A stretch of 63,585 nucleotides of DNA, the filler included, from Bigelowiella natans CCMP2755 (lineage: Eukaryota > Protista > Cercozoa), in the NCBI GenBank assembly GCA_000320545.1. It is 4 parts of 4 records of this genome, joined end to end, with 100 filler letters (N's around TTAATTAATTAA, not from the genome) between each part and the next. Parts side by side here need not be neighbours in the genome. Positions count along the whole stretch, not along the records: positions 1 to 28,699 come from ADNK01000917.1; positions 28,800 to 52,735 come from ADNK01000975.1; 2 more parts are not named here. One strand, 5' to 3'. Shown in pieces: positions 26,440-38,331 of the stretch. A program made the position numbers and the translations under genes. Each line of letters begins with the position of its first letter. The stretch's first letter is position 1. A model generated the notes under the pieces. The model saw nothing but the letters and a program-made list of their open reading frames with translations. It made no database searches and was not told the DNA's origin.

Positions 26440-27260
26440 TTCGCAATCATCTAGTTGATCCACTACGTATATATGTAGATCTAAAGATGTATTGATCGCA
26501 GCTACTACGTACATATGTACATACGGCAGTGCCTCAGATACGACGGCGCATGAATACCATGTTAGTTGCATCGTTGGAACACTTCTAGCATAGCTGGACC
26601 GCTGCTTGTGATGATAGCATATACATACATAACATAGCGTGCGCAGACAAGTGTACGTACATGCGCTTTGAATAATGCATATGGCTATCTAGCCATGCCT
26701 ATCTAGCTAGCGGCTATTCGTTCAGTACTAGCTAGCTAGAGTAGTACATTGCACTGCATACGCTGCTGCTACATGCTAGCAGCATGTTGCATAGTACGTG
26801 TGCGTAGTCCTGCTAGCATAATGTCCGTATTGTTGTGCGTGTGGTGCGACAAGCTAACAAGAGGCGATGCGATCAATCAAACAAAAGCTAACAAGCAGAC
26901 CTACTAGACACGGCAGTACGTGATCGATATTCATCACTTATTAGGCGACATCCAAGTGTGCCCTTCTAGCCGTGCTGCTAGGTCTAGCATAGAGCTTTCT
27001 GTGCGTTGGTCGCACGCCCTAATCTGCATAGCTATGAGCTAGCAAGCTACACTAGTACGGCTAGACGGCTGCGATGCTATGTGCAGATAGTGCATTTAAA
27101 CTTAATAATCCTTTTCGTTTGCATTTTGCCGATGCGATGTTAAGCTATAACATTGAGCCCGTACATGTTGGTTAATCTGAACAACTTTGCTACGTAATGT
27201 GGCTTCGTTATTAGTAGCCGCTTCTGCCTAATTCATCTACGATTGTACAGTATGTGGTGC
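26440..27260. repeat. CTAG/GTAC/TGCA-rich degenerate tract in convergent spacer 3
   Basis: atctagctag (26701), ctagctagctaga (~26728), acatgctagcagcatgt (26771) and many more 4-bp palindromes; no coding signal. Confidence 0.6.
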
Positions 27261-27412
27261 GCCTGCACATGCTAATTATTTTCTCTGATTATCATCCTTT
27301 TCTTGCGATGTTGCCGAGGGCGACGATTTTGTTGTCCATATTACAGCCCCTCCGATGTTTTCGCCCCCCAATTCCAATTTTTCCTGGCAGGAGGGAAAAA
27401 TGAATTGTTAAC

Positions 27413-28205
27413 TCATCGCAACCGATATTGCTCGGGCAATGCGCCGAAAATAAACCGCAAGATCATTTGCCGCGTTTTGATGAGATGCATGCCAAGACAT
27501 TCTGGCATTTCCTAAGGAAAAATCAAAATGCTACGTACGCACGAGATTTAACGGATGCAAGTACAACCTTTGGTTTTGACGTAATCATGATTCTTGCACC
27601 TCCCTCCTCCTCCCAGGACTCGGTAGGATCAGCCACCTCTTGTCTTAAGATAGATTATTATCATAAAAGTATTGGTACTTAACGATCGAATAGCCTTGCT
27701 GGGGACACAAGCAAAAATAATAGCAGGGTAACCATGATTCCCCTCCCCTCCCTGCAATCGCTCATCGTCGTGCTAGCAGGCAAGCATCTCGTCGGGCCTC
27801 TATTACTACTACTACAACTACTACCACTTCTACTATATTTTACCGCGGTCTCAATGTGACAATCCGCGCACCGCCGCTCTCATCCCAGGTCTCCGTTGGA
27901 TTTGACCTCTCGACCCTATGTATACATGAAACGAACGAGGGGGGGGGCACAGGGAGACTGAGTGATGAAAGCTCACCAGAAATGATAACGTCTTGCATAC
28001 GCTTACGTAAGTGTACGTGTTGCTCCTGTGTGTGCGTGTGTGTGTGTGTGCGTGTGTGTGTGTGTGTGTTTGGTGTAGTAAATTTGCGATGCGTTCGCAG
28101 TGCATGTTGTTCCGTTCTATTGAAGTACATAGATGACGAGCGTAATCAAACAAAAACAATCACACATCTACCATCGTATCTTTCGCATAGGCGACATGTG
28201 TAGTA

Positions 28206-28256
<51 letters not shown>

Positions 28257-28699
28257 TATTACCCTGCCTTCTTTACCACGACCCTGGCCCCACCAATGAC
28301 ATCCCATTCGTCGGTTGGGTTCGTCTCAGGTGACCTATAGCAGCAGCAGCAGCAGCAGCAGCAGTAGGAGAAACAGTCTGATCTCCCACAAATTCACTCA
28401 TTTGCATATAGCGATAGGACATGCCATCAATATATCAGCACTACATATGTTCAGCCCTTGCGAGCGAAATAATCTTTCAGTGATTGCACGTAACGTACCT
28501 GGGCTCGGACATGACAAACGCTCCGCCTGAGGAGTCCCAGCTCTGAGCAGGCAGAGCAGCATATGGCAAGAAGCATCATCCACAAGTTGTGAATTACGCG
28601 TGGTAATTAAAAAAGGAAGAAAGGTCGTCACTGTATTAGTAGCATTGACAGTAGTATTTTCATTCTTAGCCTTCAGCAGGAGCAGGGGCGCTGCTCATA
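27413..28699 (-). CDS. 3' part of a gene made of tandem ~24-aa exon-encoded repeats (probable C-terminus of the RusA-like gene)
   Basis: Exons 28542-28499 (SWDSSGGAFVMSEP), 28334-28263 (72 nt, SPETNPTDEWDVIGGARVVVKKA), 27915-27844 (72 nt, VERSNPTETWDESGGARIVTLRP) and 27643-~27568 (QEVADPTESWEEEGGARIMITSKPK) splice in phase. Final exon and stop are uncertain (27413 in one model). Linkage to RusA across the gap is inferred. Confidence 0.6.
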
Positions 28700-28799
28700 N
28701 NNNNNNNNNNNNNNNNNNNNNNNNNNNNNNNNNNNNNNNNNNNTTAATTAATTAANNNNNNNNNNNNNNNNNNNNNNNNNNNNNNNNNNNNNNNNNNNN
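28700..28799. other. Artificial assembly linker N44-TTAATTAATTAA-N44
   Basis: Exactly 100 nt with a six-frame stop 12-mer at 28744-28755; identical to the other two gaps. Confidence 0.97.
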
Positions 28800-28825
28800 T
28801 ATGTATATGAATAAATATATACATA

Positions 28826-28872
<47 letters not shown>

Positions 28873-28893
28873 AATATGACAATTAAGTATAAC

Positions 28894-29149
28894 ATGCCTT
28901 GGAGCCCACGGCTTGAGGTCGCCATTCCTCTTACTAAATTGATTCTTGGCTCGCTTAAGATGAAACTCGAGACGCATTGCTACTGCTCCTGACAATAATC
29001 ATCGATACAGCAAGGGCATCATCAAAGTACAACCGGTGATATATGCATATTACATGGCTGTACTCATGAAGATACCATTTCTACCCACTTAGGGTCGTGA
29101 AGAATAAGCGAAACGAATATGCACATACCCAATACACACACACACACAT

Positions 29150-29212
<63 letters not shown>

Positions 29213-29230
29213 GGGAGATGGAAGGTATAT

Positions 29231-29272
<42 letters not shown>

Positions 29273-30760
29273 CACAATTCCTCGATTCCCCCCTTTTCCT
29301 CGATTGTACCCTGTGGGATCTCCTTGGGCAGAATTGCGTTACAGCGGCGAATAAACTCATCCTTGTCTTTCTTGCTAGGGTCATATCTGTTTGCACGTCA
29401 TTTGTGTGTCAGGTCTGTGATGATCACCTTTTGTAACACTGCCAACCACCCACCCCACCCCCCTCACTCCTGTTTCTCTCTGGTTTCTCTTTCTGCCTAC
29501 GTGTGTCCAAAACGTGTGAAGCGTGCCCGCCTAAGGGGACATGGATCGCCCTGATGAATGGATAAAGAGGGGGGGGGGGGGGGGGGGGGCTGAAAAGGAA
29601 TTCTACTCAAACATTATTCCCGCATCATTGACCCGTAGATGTACATTATAATATTATCCCCTAACCTTTTTTTTTCGAAATAAATAATATACCAACCGGT
29701 ACAATAAGCTCCCACCACGTTCCCGGTGCTGGCCCGCTGAGGGACGAGTTTTCGCAGATTCTCGCTGGCTCCAACGTGCTCTTACACAGCCAATCACATT
29801 CGTAATCCCAACTCAGAATCACATGCATAATCACATTGAAAAGCACACCGAGCTTTTTGTTGTCCCTCCCACGTATTTGGGAGAATGTACATAATGTCAA
29901 TTAATTCACCTCTTTCGCCTTTTTCTTCGCCTTCGTTCCACCGATGGCCGCACTCTTTGTTGCCGGTTTTGCCTTTGCGCAAGCATCCTGCTTGACGACT
30001 ACCCTCCTTATCTTCTCTCTCTTCCGCAGCAACGGCACACGTTTTCTGGTTCTGACTCTTGGTGTGGCAGCCCCGCTTATAGACATGGCGCTAAGGATAA
30101 TTGAAAGCAGCATGTGTACAGTAGTTGTATAATCGTGCATTCATTAGGTTGCCTCTCGCTCTATTCGTCTCCTTCGAACCTAATCATGTCACTAAGCTCG
30201 CCGTCATCCTCTTTCTGCGCCATATTTGCTGCTTCCACCTACGATAATCGTCTTTAGTGATGACTCGAAGGAAAAGAGAAACCAGTGCGTTACCCCCCCG
30301 TTCTCAGCGCCTCTGGCCTGACCCTGGGTTGCACGAAATGAGGGGTTAAAACAACAACAACAACACGATCTTGTGCCATGACATCTCAGAGTGTGATTCG
30401 ATACACAGGTTCCAGTTTTGATTCGATAGGTACAGCTGTTGACTATTTGATGGCACTGATCTCATATTGCTCACCCCTCGGAGGTAAAGAGCTCGCTTAG
30501 GCACAGCAGCTGCTGTTTCCGTCATTCGGCAACCGTCGCCGCGGCTGCCACTGGAAGCAAAAACAAGCAAAGGACAGTCACCACTTTCTTCAGATAATCG
30601 TCAAGTTAGAATGAACTCATGATATTCGCGAATATCAGTGTTTCTTCACTTGAAGTCGTCCCCCCCCCACAACAAACGGTCGCGCAGCATGCAGCCACCT
30701 GTGCATCACTGCGAAGACGACGAGGAACAAGGCCCGACAGGTACGAATCCCTCCGGACAT
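28894..30760 (-). CDS. rusA: RusA-family (Holliday junction resolvase-like) protein with N-terminal signal peptide/organelle leader, 5' part (9 exons)
   Basis: Exons 30760-30699, 30550-30475, 30323-30294, 30238-30180, 30090-29910, 29780-29697, 29550-29501, 29386-29310, 28988-~28894 are all phase-compatible. They give MSGGIRTCRALFLVVFAVMHS...LYLRGG...WELIVPGDPCPLRRARFTRFGHTYDPSKKDKDEF...IPQGAVAMRLEFHLKRAKNQFSKRNGDLKPWAPRH, matching RusA N-terminal motifs (ipG.P....R.R....G..Y.P; G.v.l.l.F...rpK). The catalytic PDxDNxxK/DD motifs are not visible and are presumably in the gap. Confidence 0.75.
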
Positions 30761-31103
30761 GCGTTGAACAAAAATCTCTATCGACGTCACTGCCTGACCA
30801 TGCGTGTTCCTGGTAGTCCCCACCCGCCTTCTCTGAGTCTCCAGTGCCGATCCCGAAGGTCTAATTTCGGGTGGGACGGGCTTCTCAGCGAGCGGCGGTT
30901 CGCCTTGTCGTCCTATGGGAATTGCGCGGCAAATAGGATCCACAAGTGTTGTCGCTCTTTAGAATTGAACGGTCAATCTGGTCCGTATTAGTTGTCGCAG
31001 CTTAAAATTCTCCCCCTGCTGCATTTTTCCGTCCCTCTCCTTATTCCGACCATTTGCTCGCCCCTCGTGCTTGCCACGACGGGAAGGGGCAGTCATCGAG
31101 AGG
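30761..31103. promoter_or_regulatory. Short (~340 nt) divergent intergenic region, probable bidirectional promoter for RusA-like and GTF3C3
   Basis: Two head-to-head start codons (30760 minus, 31104 plus). Function inferred from geometry only. Confidence 0.4.
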
Positions 31104-34100
31104 ATGGCGAGCATAGAGGACATCCTTGGGGAGATCCAGGCGGAGGAGGGAGGTGATAGCGGGGGACCGTCACAAGTAGAAGGTTCGAAAGTATGCGTGT
31201 CAGAAGGGTGAGTAGAAGTAAACTGATGCATGATAAATACACCTTAAAACAGCTCCGCAGCCTACCCCCACGCCAAGAGGAAAGAAGCGAGGGATCGGAA
31301 GCCTTTTCAGGGGAGTTGATGATATTAAAGCACGGAAGAAAAGGGACACTTTGAAGCGGAAACGGGGGTAAAGCGATCCCCACTAATAATCTGTTATTTA
31401 CTTGTACGTTCTAACTTACTTCATGATTAGTCGCAAGAAGGGAAGCGGGAGCAGCAACACGCGCCTGTCTCCAGAGGCGCAAATTTTATGGGGCAAAGCA
31501 AACTCAGCCATCATTGACCAGAACTTCGCCGTTGCAATAGACTGCTGCAAGCAGTAATGATGATCCAATCGCAACGACGGCATCATCCTTAAGTTGACTG
31601 AATGATGCTTCTCAGGGTTATCGAGCTGTCTCCCAAGGCGCACGAGCCTTACAAAACTCTTGGCTACATTTTTGAGCAAGTATGAGGCGAATTCCCACAC
31701 TCATCACAACGTTTTCAAACACTGTTTGTTTTGTTGTCAGAAAAACGACATGAAAGGGGCGCTGCAGATGAAGAACATCGCTGCTCATCTACATCCAAAG
31801 GTCTCGAATTTTCGTGCGCAAAGCCCCTGTGAGTCAATGATTATCCATGTTCTACTCGTAGGACCTGGACTTGTGGCTGGAGGTCGCCGATTTTCAAGAG
31901 AGGCTCGACAACAAAAAAGATGCATTGTATTCGATACAAAGAGTGATTCGTCGCCAGGGTAGCAGCAGCATCTATCTCATGCGGAGAATCACAGCACATG
32001 CAAAACGTCACAATAAACTGAACGCCGGCCATACAATAGGAAAATTTCCAGATGCTAGTTTACTGATGTGGCGAGGACGTTTATACGAGGATCTACACCA
32101 GAGCATTCAGGCCATCCAAACCTACGAAAAGCTGCTCAAAATATGTGTGTTTCCTATCCTAATTATTACCTAGATCCTCTCTCTCTCCCTCCCTCCCCCC
32201 CCCCTTTCTTGATTCTCCATCATTCCCACATATTGCTCGCTCCTTCCTTTCATTTGCGGATGATAATTTAGACCCAGGATATGAGAATGATCCAACAGTA
32301 GTCACCAAACTCTGCAAGCTCTACTACCCAAATCCCTCCAAGCGGACTCGAGTCGCTACGATGTTGCAAAAAGTAGCGATTAATTTGTGTGCTTGTGATG
32401 TGGCGGTGGTGTGGGGGGGGGGGGGTTATAATGTGACTTGCAGCTGTACAGAACTCGCACATCAAAAAATGTTCTTTCTGAGAAACGGTTGGTGCTTGCT
32501 AGTGTGTGGACTCCGAAGGTGCAATGGCCGATGAGAATATGGTTAACATGCTCGTGGAAGTTTTGCTGGAATCGAAGGAATTCTTGAAGGCAGCAAAAAC
32601 GATAGAGAGGCACATTGACCGCATAGAAGGGGTAAGCTTGGGGCTCTAGCCTGCAATTGCGTCCGCATCATGCCTTGTTACTCAAAGCTAAGACGAGTCT
32701 CTGTTTCTCTTCGAATCCACACTCAGCGAAAGGGAGAGGATAGCAAATGTGATTATCAATCTCTGGTTCTGAAGTTGCCAATCGATCTTCAGGTTGGGCC
32801 TCTTCTGACAGCACAACGCATTGCCTCGATTCGAGCTGATTTTCACGCCTATGCGCGCATTTATTGGCTGCATGTCTTAGGTAAAATATGGAGTCGCGTT
32901 GCTCCAGATGCATCCCCTACCTAGCAGCAGCACTGGAAATAGCATCATTAGCGCCAAGGAGGAGGGGGCAGAGAACCAGAAGGATGTCCACACAGAAGAA
33001 GAAAAGCAGGATGATTGGAAGAAACCGATCCCCCGTTGGCCTGAGAGCTGTTTTGCAAGCTTACTGAAGCACGATGCGGTACGGACCATGCATGCCGAGA
33101 ATGTTTCTGCTACTGACCTCCCCGCTCCTCGGTTCCGTTGCTGCGTCCTTCTTTCTAAAGCCGCCATTCTCCTTTTGCCTCCTCTTCTTGTGCTTATTGT
33201 GACAGGATACGATGCACGACCTCCATCGCGACGTAGCAGATGCTTGTGACGCTACGAATCGCTACGTGAGAACCACGCTCACGCTGGCCTTGCTGATACC
33301 GTGCCCATCCCCCTCCTCACCGGGCATGGATGATCCTCTCGATAATATCCCTGCCCCCCCCCTCCCTCCTCTTCAGCCAGAGATTGCACACATGTTGGCC
33401 CGTGCTTACTTGGGGGTTGCTCACAGACTCGCGAAAGGCATGCATGCAGCCCACGAGGGCGAGCTTAGCCCTGGACAAAGCCTGAGGGACCTGAAAGTCT
33501 TCGTGCTTTCGAAGTCTATGGCGGTTCCTGCCACCGCCCTCACAGCGGAAGGGCTTGCTAAAGAAGCTTACCACATGCTCGTGTCTACTGGCGAGGAGGA
33601 GACGCCAGAGAAACTACGGATGCTAGTAAACGCGTACGTCTTTGCAACAGTTGTAGGAGAGAGAGAGAGAGCATGTTAGATAGCAGCAGTAGTAGCGGTG
33701 GTGGTGATGGTGGTAGTAGTTGTAGAAGTAGTGGTCGTCGTAGTGGTAGTAGCTGTTGTTGTTGTTGTTCATTTCTCGCTTTGCCTTTCAAGCTGTGACT
33801 TAGCTGGGTGGAAGGAGAAAGCCGCTGCGATTCGCAAGAGATCCCGCAAGCGAAGAGGTGAGGGCTATCGAGCTCCATACAAAGGCAGCCGAGGCCAGAT
33901 TGCTCTGAGGGACAAGTGCCCTGAAGCGATGGCAGACATTGCTGGCATCGTTGCGGCTGTTAAGAGGGCGAAGTCTCAGTTTGAAGCTGGGATGTTTGAA
34001 GAGGTCAGCCGACCCTCCTCGATGACGATTGACGATTAGAAAACCTTCAATGATGATGATGATGGTGGTGGTGGTGGTGGTGGTGGGGGTGATGGTGATG

Positions 34101-34263
34101 GTGACGATAGCGTGTACATTTTGTTCGCCCTTCTCGCCTGGACGTTTCTCACGAACAACGCTTCGGCGCTGTTGTGTGCATGCGTCTATCACAGGTCGCC
34201 AGTATCGATGTCTGCAGCACTATGGGAGCCATTTTACTTGAATTTACCTCTTCCGAAAGCAGT

Positions 34264-34295
<32 letters not shown>

Positions 34296-35713
34296 TCCTG
34301 TGCGTGCTACGAGTAGCGAGGGGGCGAGCAAGGGATATCCCAAGGCCCCAGAGGGCTCACTGCGTCCTGCGACGAACATTGAAACACATGTAAGCAAAAC
34401 GAGTGCTAGCATAGAAAGCCCAAGCCTACATATAAAGGAAAATGCCTCCTTGCTCATCACGCAAGAACTCAGTAGCGACGATAATAAGACGACGATTGCC
34501 GGTTCAAGAAGCGCTCGTAGCAGCAGGTCGCTACGGGGCCCTCATGTGGACGAAAATGAGAAGGTGAGAACACAGCAGCAGCACTGCCACCACCACCACC
34601 ACAACCACCACCAGCATCAGCATCAGCATCAGCATCAGCAAAATATGCGAAACTATATGTTGTTCCTACTTCACACTTACGAAGAAAACAGCATGTTTCT
34701 TCTACTTACCCTGCTGCTGCTGCTGCGAGACTTCTGAGAATGCTGTGATAATTTGCGTGCTTTAGATTATCAGAGCCTACCTATCTGGGCCCTTTACAAC
34801 CCTCGTGATGTTAGTCATGCAGGTACCACACAAATTCGCTCAATCAAACATCGCACCCTGAAATCACCAGTTTCGCCCGTCTTCTCCAAAGCAGCAAATC
34901 AACAACCCCCCCCCCCCCCCATTGCAACCCTTGTTATTAAGGCTTTGGCACACATCGGGCAGCTGGAGCAAGCTGCAACGGTCTCCAAAATCTATGAGAA
35001 ATGTCGGGCGGAGACGCCGAGAATTCTGAAAGAATTCGTAGCCAACAATGGATTGAGCACGAGGGCACTAGCTGCGATACGAATAGCAGGAGCGCACATA
35101 TTCATGGAAATGGTCTGTGGATTTGTTGATGCATGATAGCGTTAGCACCAGCTGTAGCAGCGTGTAATAATTCTGACGAAAGTGGGTGTACCATTAAAAA
35201 AAGGGGGACCCAGAAAGCTCCTACGATCTGCTCCTCAAAGCATCGAAGGCATGCACACGCGCTTTTCGCTGATCGATGGGGCTGATTGGCTGATAAGAAT
35301 GTGCACGTTTCTTTCGATAGGTTCACCCACTCCCATTTGGGGCGCTCAAGCTATTTCACAAGATCGTCGAGCTATTGGGTAGACAGACGCCGCGCATAAC
35401 ACTTTCCATATGATATGAAATCCTTCTTCTTCCTCACCGTAGCTTTCATCACGTCCCCCCTTTAGGTTATCCAAAGAAATGCCAGGGTTTCCTGCAAAGA
35501 CAGTTGGAAAAATACACCGAATCTCCAGGTGCTAGCGTGTAAAGAGACTTCGTCGTTTTAGAATGCTACCATGCGTTTTGATAAATTCATATGTTGACTG
35601 TCTCGAGAAAGAATGAGCAGCTTCTCACAACCATCTTAAATTTGCAGAAGCTGCGGGGTATTTTGTTCTCAATGGCCATGTTCATTTGTCCAAAGGCAAA
35701 TTTGGGGTATATT

Positions 35714-35751
<38 letters not shown>

Positions 35752-36635
35752 ACACGTATTATGATACAGAATTTACAAATGTTGCATTCTGATTAACGTT
35801 TGGAGGAAATGAAGATACCTCTTATTATACACACGCTGTGCAGGATGCGATCGACGCCTATGATCAGGCTGCGAGCTTGTTTCCGAAGAATTCTTTCGTA
35901 ATACCAGTCTTATGTACTAATTATCGACCAGAGGTAGACAACAGTTGACTTAATATGATTTTAGATGCCCGTGCTGCAAGGATCTGTCGTGCTACAGCAG
36001 GTAAGAAAGGCCGTTATTTCACTAGATACGACAGCACAAGCATACTCATTCATATTCATTTCTACCCTTAGGGAATGGCGACTTCGGGTTCGGTTCGTCA
36101 TGCACTCATTTTTCGTGCAATGTCATTTTTTTTGCATGAGTACAATGAAGCTGCGGAGGCATATTACAAGGCTGTGCAAGGCAAGGTAGACTCTAAAATT
36201 AGAGGCGACCACGGTTCTTGTGCGAAGAAGCTCCGAATGACAATTGGTACTATTCGAAAATCATTCAGATCTTGGATGTAGTCCTCGTATTTTGTATGTA
36301 TTACCTTCTGTGGGTACTCACTTAGTTGCTTCCATTTATTTCCATCAGCCCTCTATAATCTTGCCCGCGGCTTTCACTACTTGGCACTGAATCATCTTTC
36401 GTTTCAGTTTTATGAACAGGTTATCATTCTGAGATTGCTCTGACATATTCACATATAAACAATCAGCACTTTTTCATTTCCTTCCCAGGTTCTTCAGTTG
36501 CAAAATCACATGCTATCACACGGCGATATCTGTGGTTTCACATGTGATGCTGCATACAACATTATGACAATTTTACAAGATTCTGGGGCATGGGAAATTG
36601 CTAGGAGATTGTCTATGGAGTACATCAAGATATAG
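31104..36635 (+). CDS. GTF3C3: TFIIIC TPR subunit (Tfc4/TFIIIC102), multi-exon
   Basis: LSPEAQILWGKAN...VIELSPKAHEPYKTLGYIFEQ...NIAAHLHPK...LWLEVA parallels the GTF3C3 pattern LMGEAN/APLAYEPFSTL/IAAHLNP/W..LA. Also LPIDL, and C-terminal ALYNLARGFHYLAL and AAYNIMTILQDSGAWEIARRLSMEYIKI* (stop 36633-36635). Start at 31104 is likely but not proven. Confidence 0.9.
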
Positions 36636-36759
36636 CATTAGGCAATTGGATACGACAGGCTGAGCATTTAGAAGTGGTCATAAAAGGCTGCGACAAAAAT
36701 ATTGGCGCCGATGCGATAAATGTTATTTCGATTCTGAGAAACACACCGCTTAGACCATG

Positions 36760-38060
36760 TACGTACATTGAATTGTTGTCTGCTAGCATGGGCGATGTAC
36801 GTACTCAGCTTGTGCGATGGATGCGACTATGAACGCTGGATGCAAACACGAGCACAGTGTCTTGCGGTGCTTGCAACTGCATCGGCACACTCTAGACAGT
36901 GCAAAACCCATCTCCGCGTGACGCCTAGACGTCAGCTAGACGTGCGCGCGTGCAGAGAGTCTAGCTCGGCTAGATGTGAAGTGCACGACGATGCTATGTG
37001 CACATTGTACAGTTCTACATTGGGAGGACCATTCATGCAATTTGATTTCATCATTCCATCCATCTAGCCATCTCTAGATCTAGCCATCTGTGAGAGCGAC
37101 AGGATGCAATGAAGTTGTCGATCAAACCTTTTCAATGCATGGCCATCCCAATGCATGCAGCCATTCTAGCATGCTAGCGTGCACAGCAGCGGTTGCAGCG
37201 CTGTCTAGCTGTGGATTGTGTCCACTTGCTGTCTCGCCTGTTGTGTGTTTCGTGCACTTGAAAGCATCTCCATCCTGTCGTCCATGCATGGACTTGCAAG
37301 TCCCTACGAATGCACCATGACACGTGTACACGCGTGCAAACACATGTGCATGCCCGTTCTTCATGTGCACTTGAAAAGCACGTCTAGACGTGTCCTCTTT
37401 TCATGTCCACACATGCACCAAACAAGTCACGATGCACGTCAAGACGTGCATGCACTGACAATTCTGGAATTGTCATGTGTTGCAATGCACACATGCTAGC
37501 ATGATCGAATGCACATGTTCATGCGTGCACGCTGACTTGTGCTACATGCTAGCATGCTTGTAAGGCACAAGTCCCATTGCGTCGATGTCGTGCGCACAGC
37601 GGTGCGCGCAGCGGTCCGTGCCTCTTTTTCAGCTGCATTGCGCATTGTGAGACGGATGCAATGAAATGTTTGAATTTTTTCAATGGTCATCCTGATGTAG
37701 CAGCTGTGCAGTGCAGCGGTTACAGCGCTTACATTGTGTCTGTTTGTTTCCTTGGTCACGTGTTGCATGCATGAAAATGCATTGCGATTTGGTCTAGCAT
37801 AGCAGTTCAGTCAGTCGTTTCGATTCATGATGGCATTCAGTTGGTTTCGCAATCTGAGCTGTCATTGCTGTTCGTGTGCCGCACATTGAAGGAGATGATT
37901 CTGAGGATCCATGTCTTTTGTGACACCACCTGCTAGCCGCCTGTCTTATATGGACATATATGTCCCTATAGTCTCACATGATCTAGACAGCTAGACGCGA
38001 CGACAGCCGCATCGAGCGCGCACAGTCCTACACATAGCTATGGTACCTGGCACATGTGAA
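36760..38060. repeat. CTAG/CATG/TGCA-rich degenerate repeat tract in convergent spacer 4, with two diverged copies ~550 nt apart (C 37110-37290, B 37650-37790, minus orientation)
   Basis: About 20 CTAG in 1.3 kb by hand count (~5 expected at uniform composition). Shared segments such as aagcgctg, atgaccattgaaaa and cattgcatcc also occur in copy A at 6200-6330. Confidence 0.75.
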
Positions 38061-38331
38061 CATCTAGATGCGACCACGACGTTAATATGCGCGATTGTTA
38101 TTTATTTTGGCGCCCGAACACAAGCTTGCTACACCACAATAGAGGCGACTATGGAGAAGAACATTACGACGGAGACCGTGAACAATACAACGGAGACCGT
38201 AAACGCGGTGCTAGCTGTCTATTGTGATTTATGAGGTCTATGTGTGTAATAATTGAATGTTAAGTTTCAATCTTTGCGTAAGATATGATCGATGTGACAT
38301 TCAAACCGATAGGGGGATAGAAGGATCAAAT

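Noticed and set aside
28744-28755. TTAATTAATTAA (PacI-like palindrome) as a biological element
   Set aside because: Identical, centred in three 100-nt N runs; a synthetic six-frame stop linker.
28894-28900. GC-AG intron after KPWAP in the RusA-like gene
   Set aside because: A canonical GT five bases later (after PRH) is equally possible; cannot be resolved because the next exon is in the gap.
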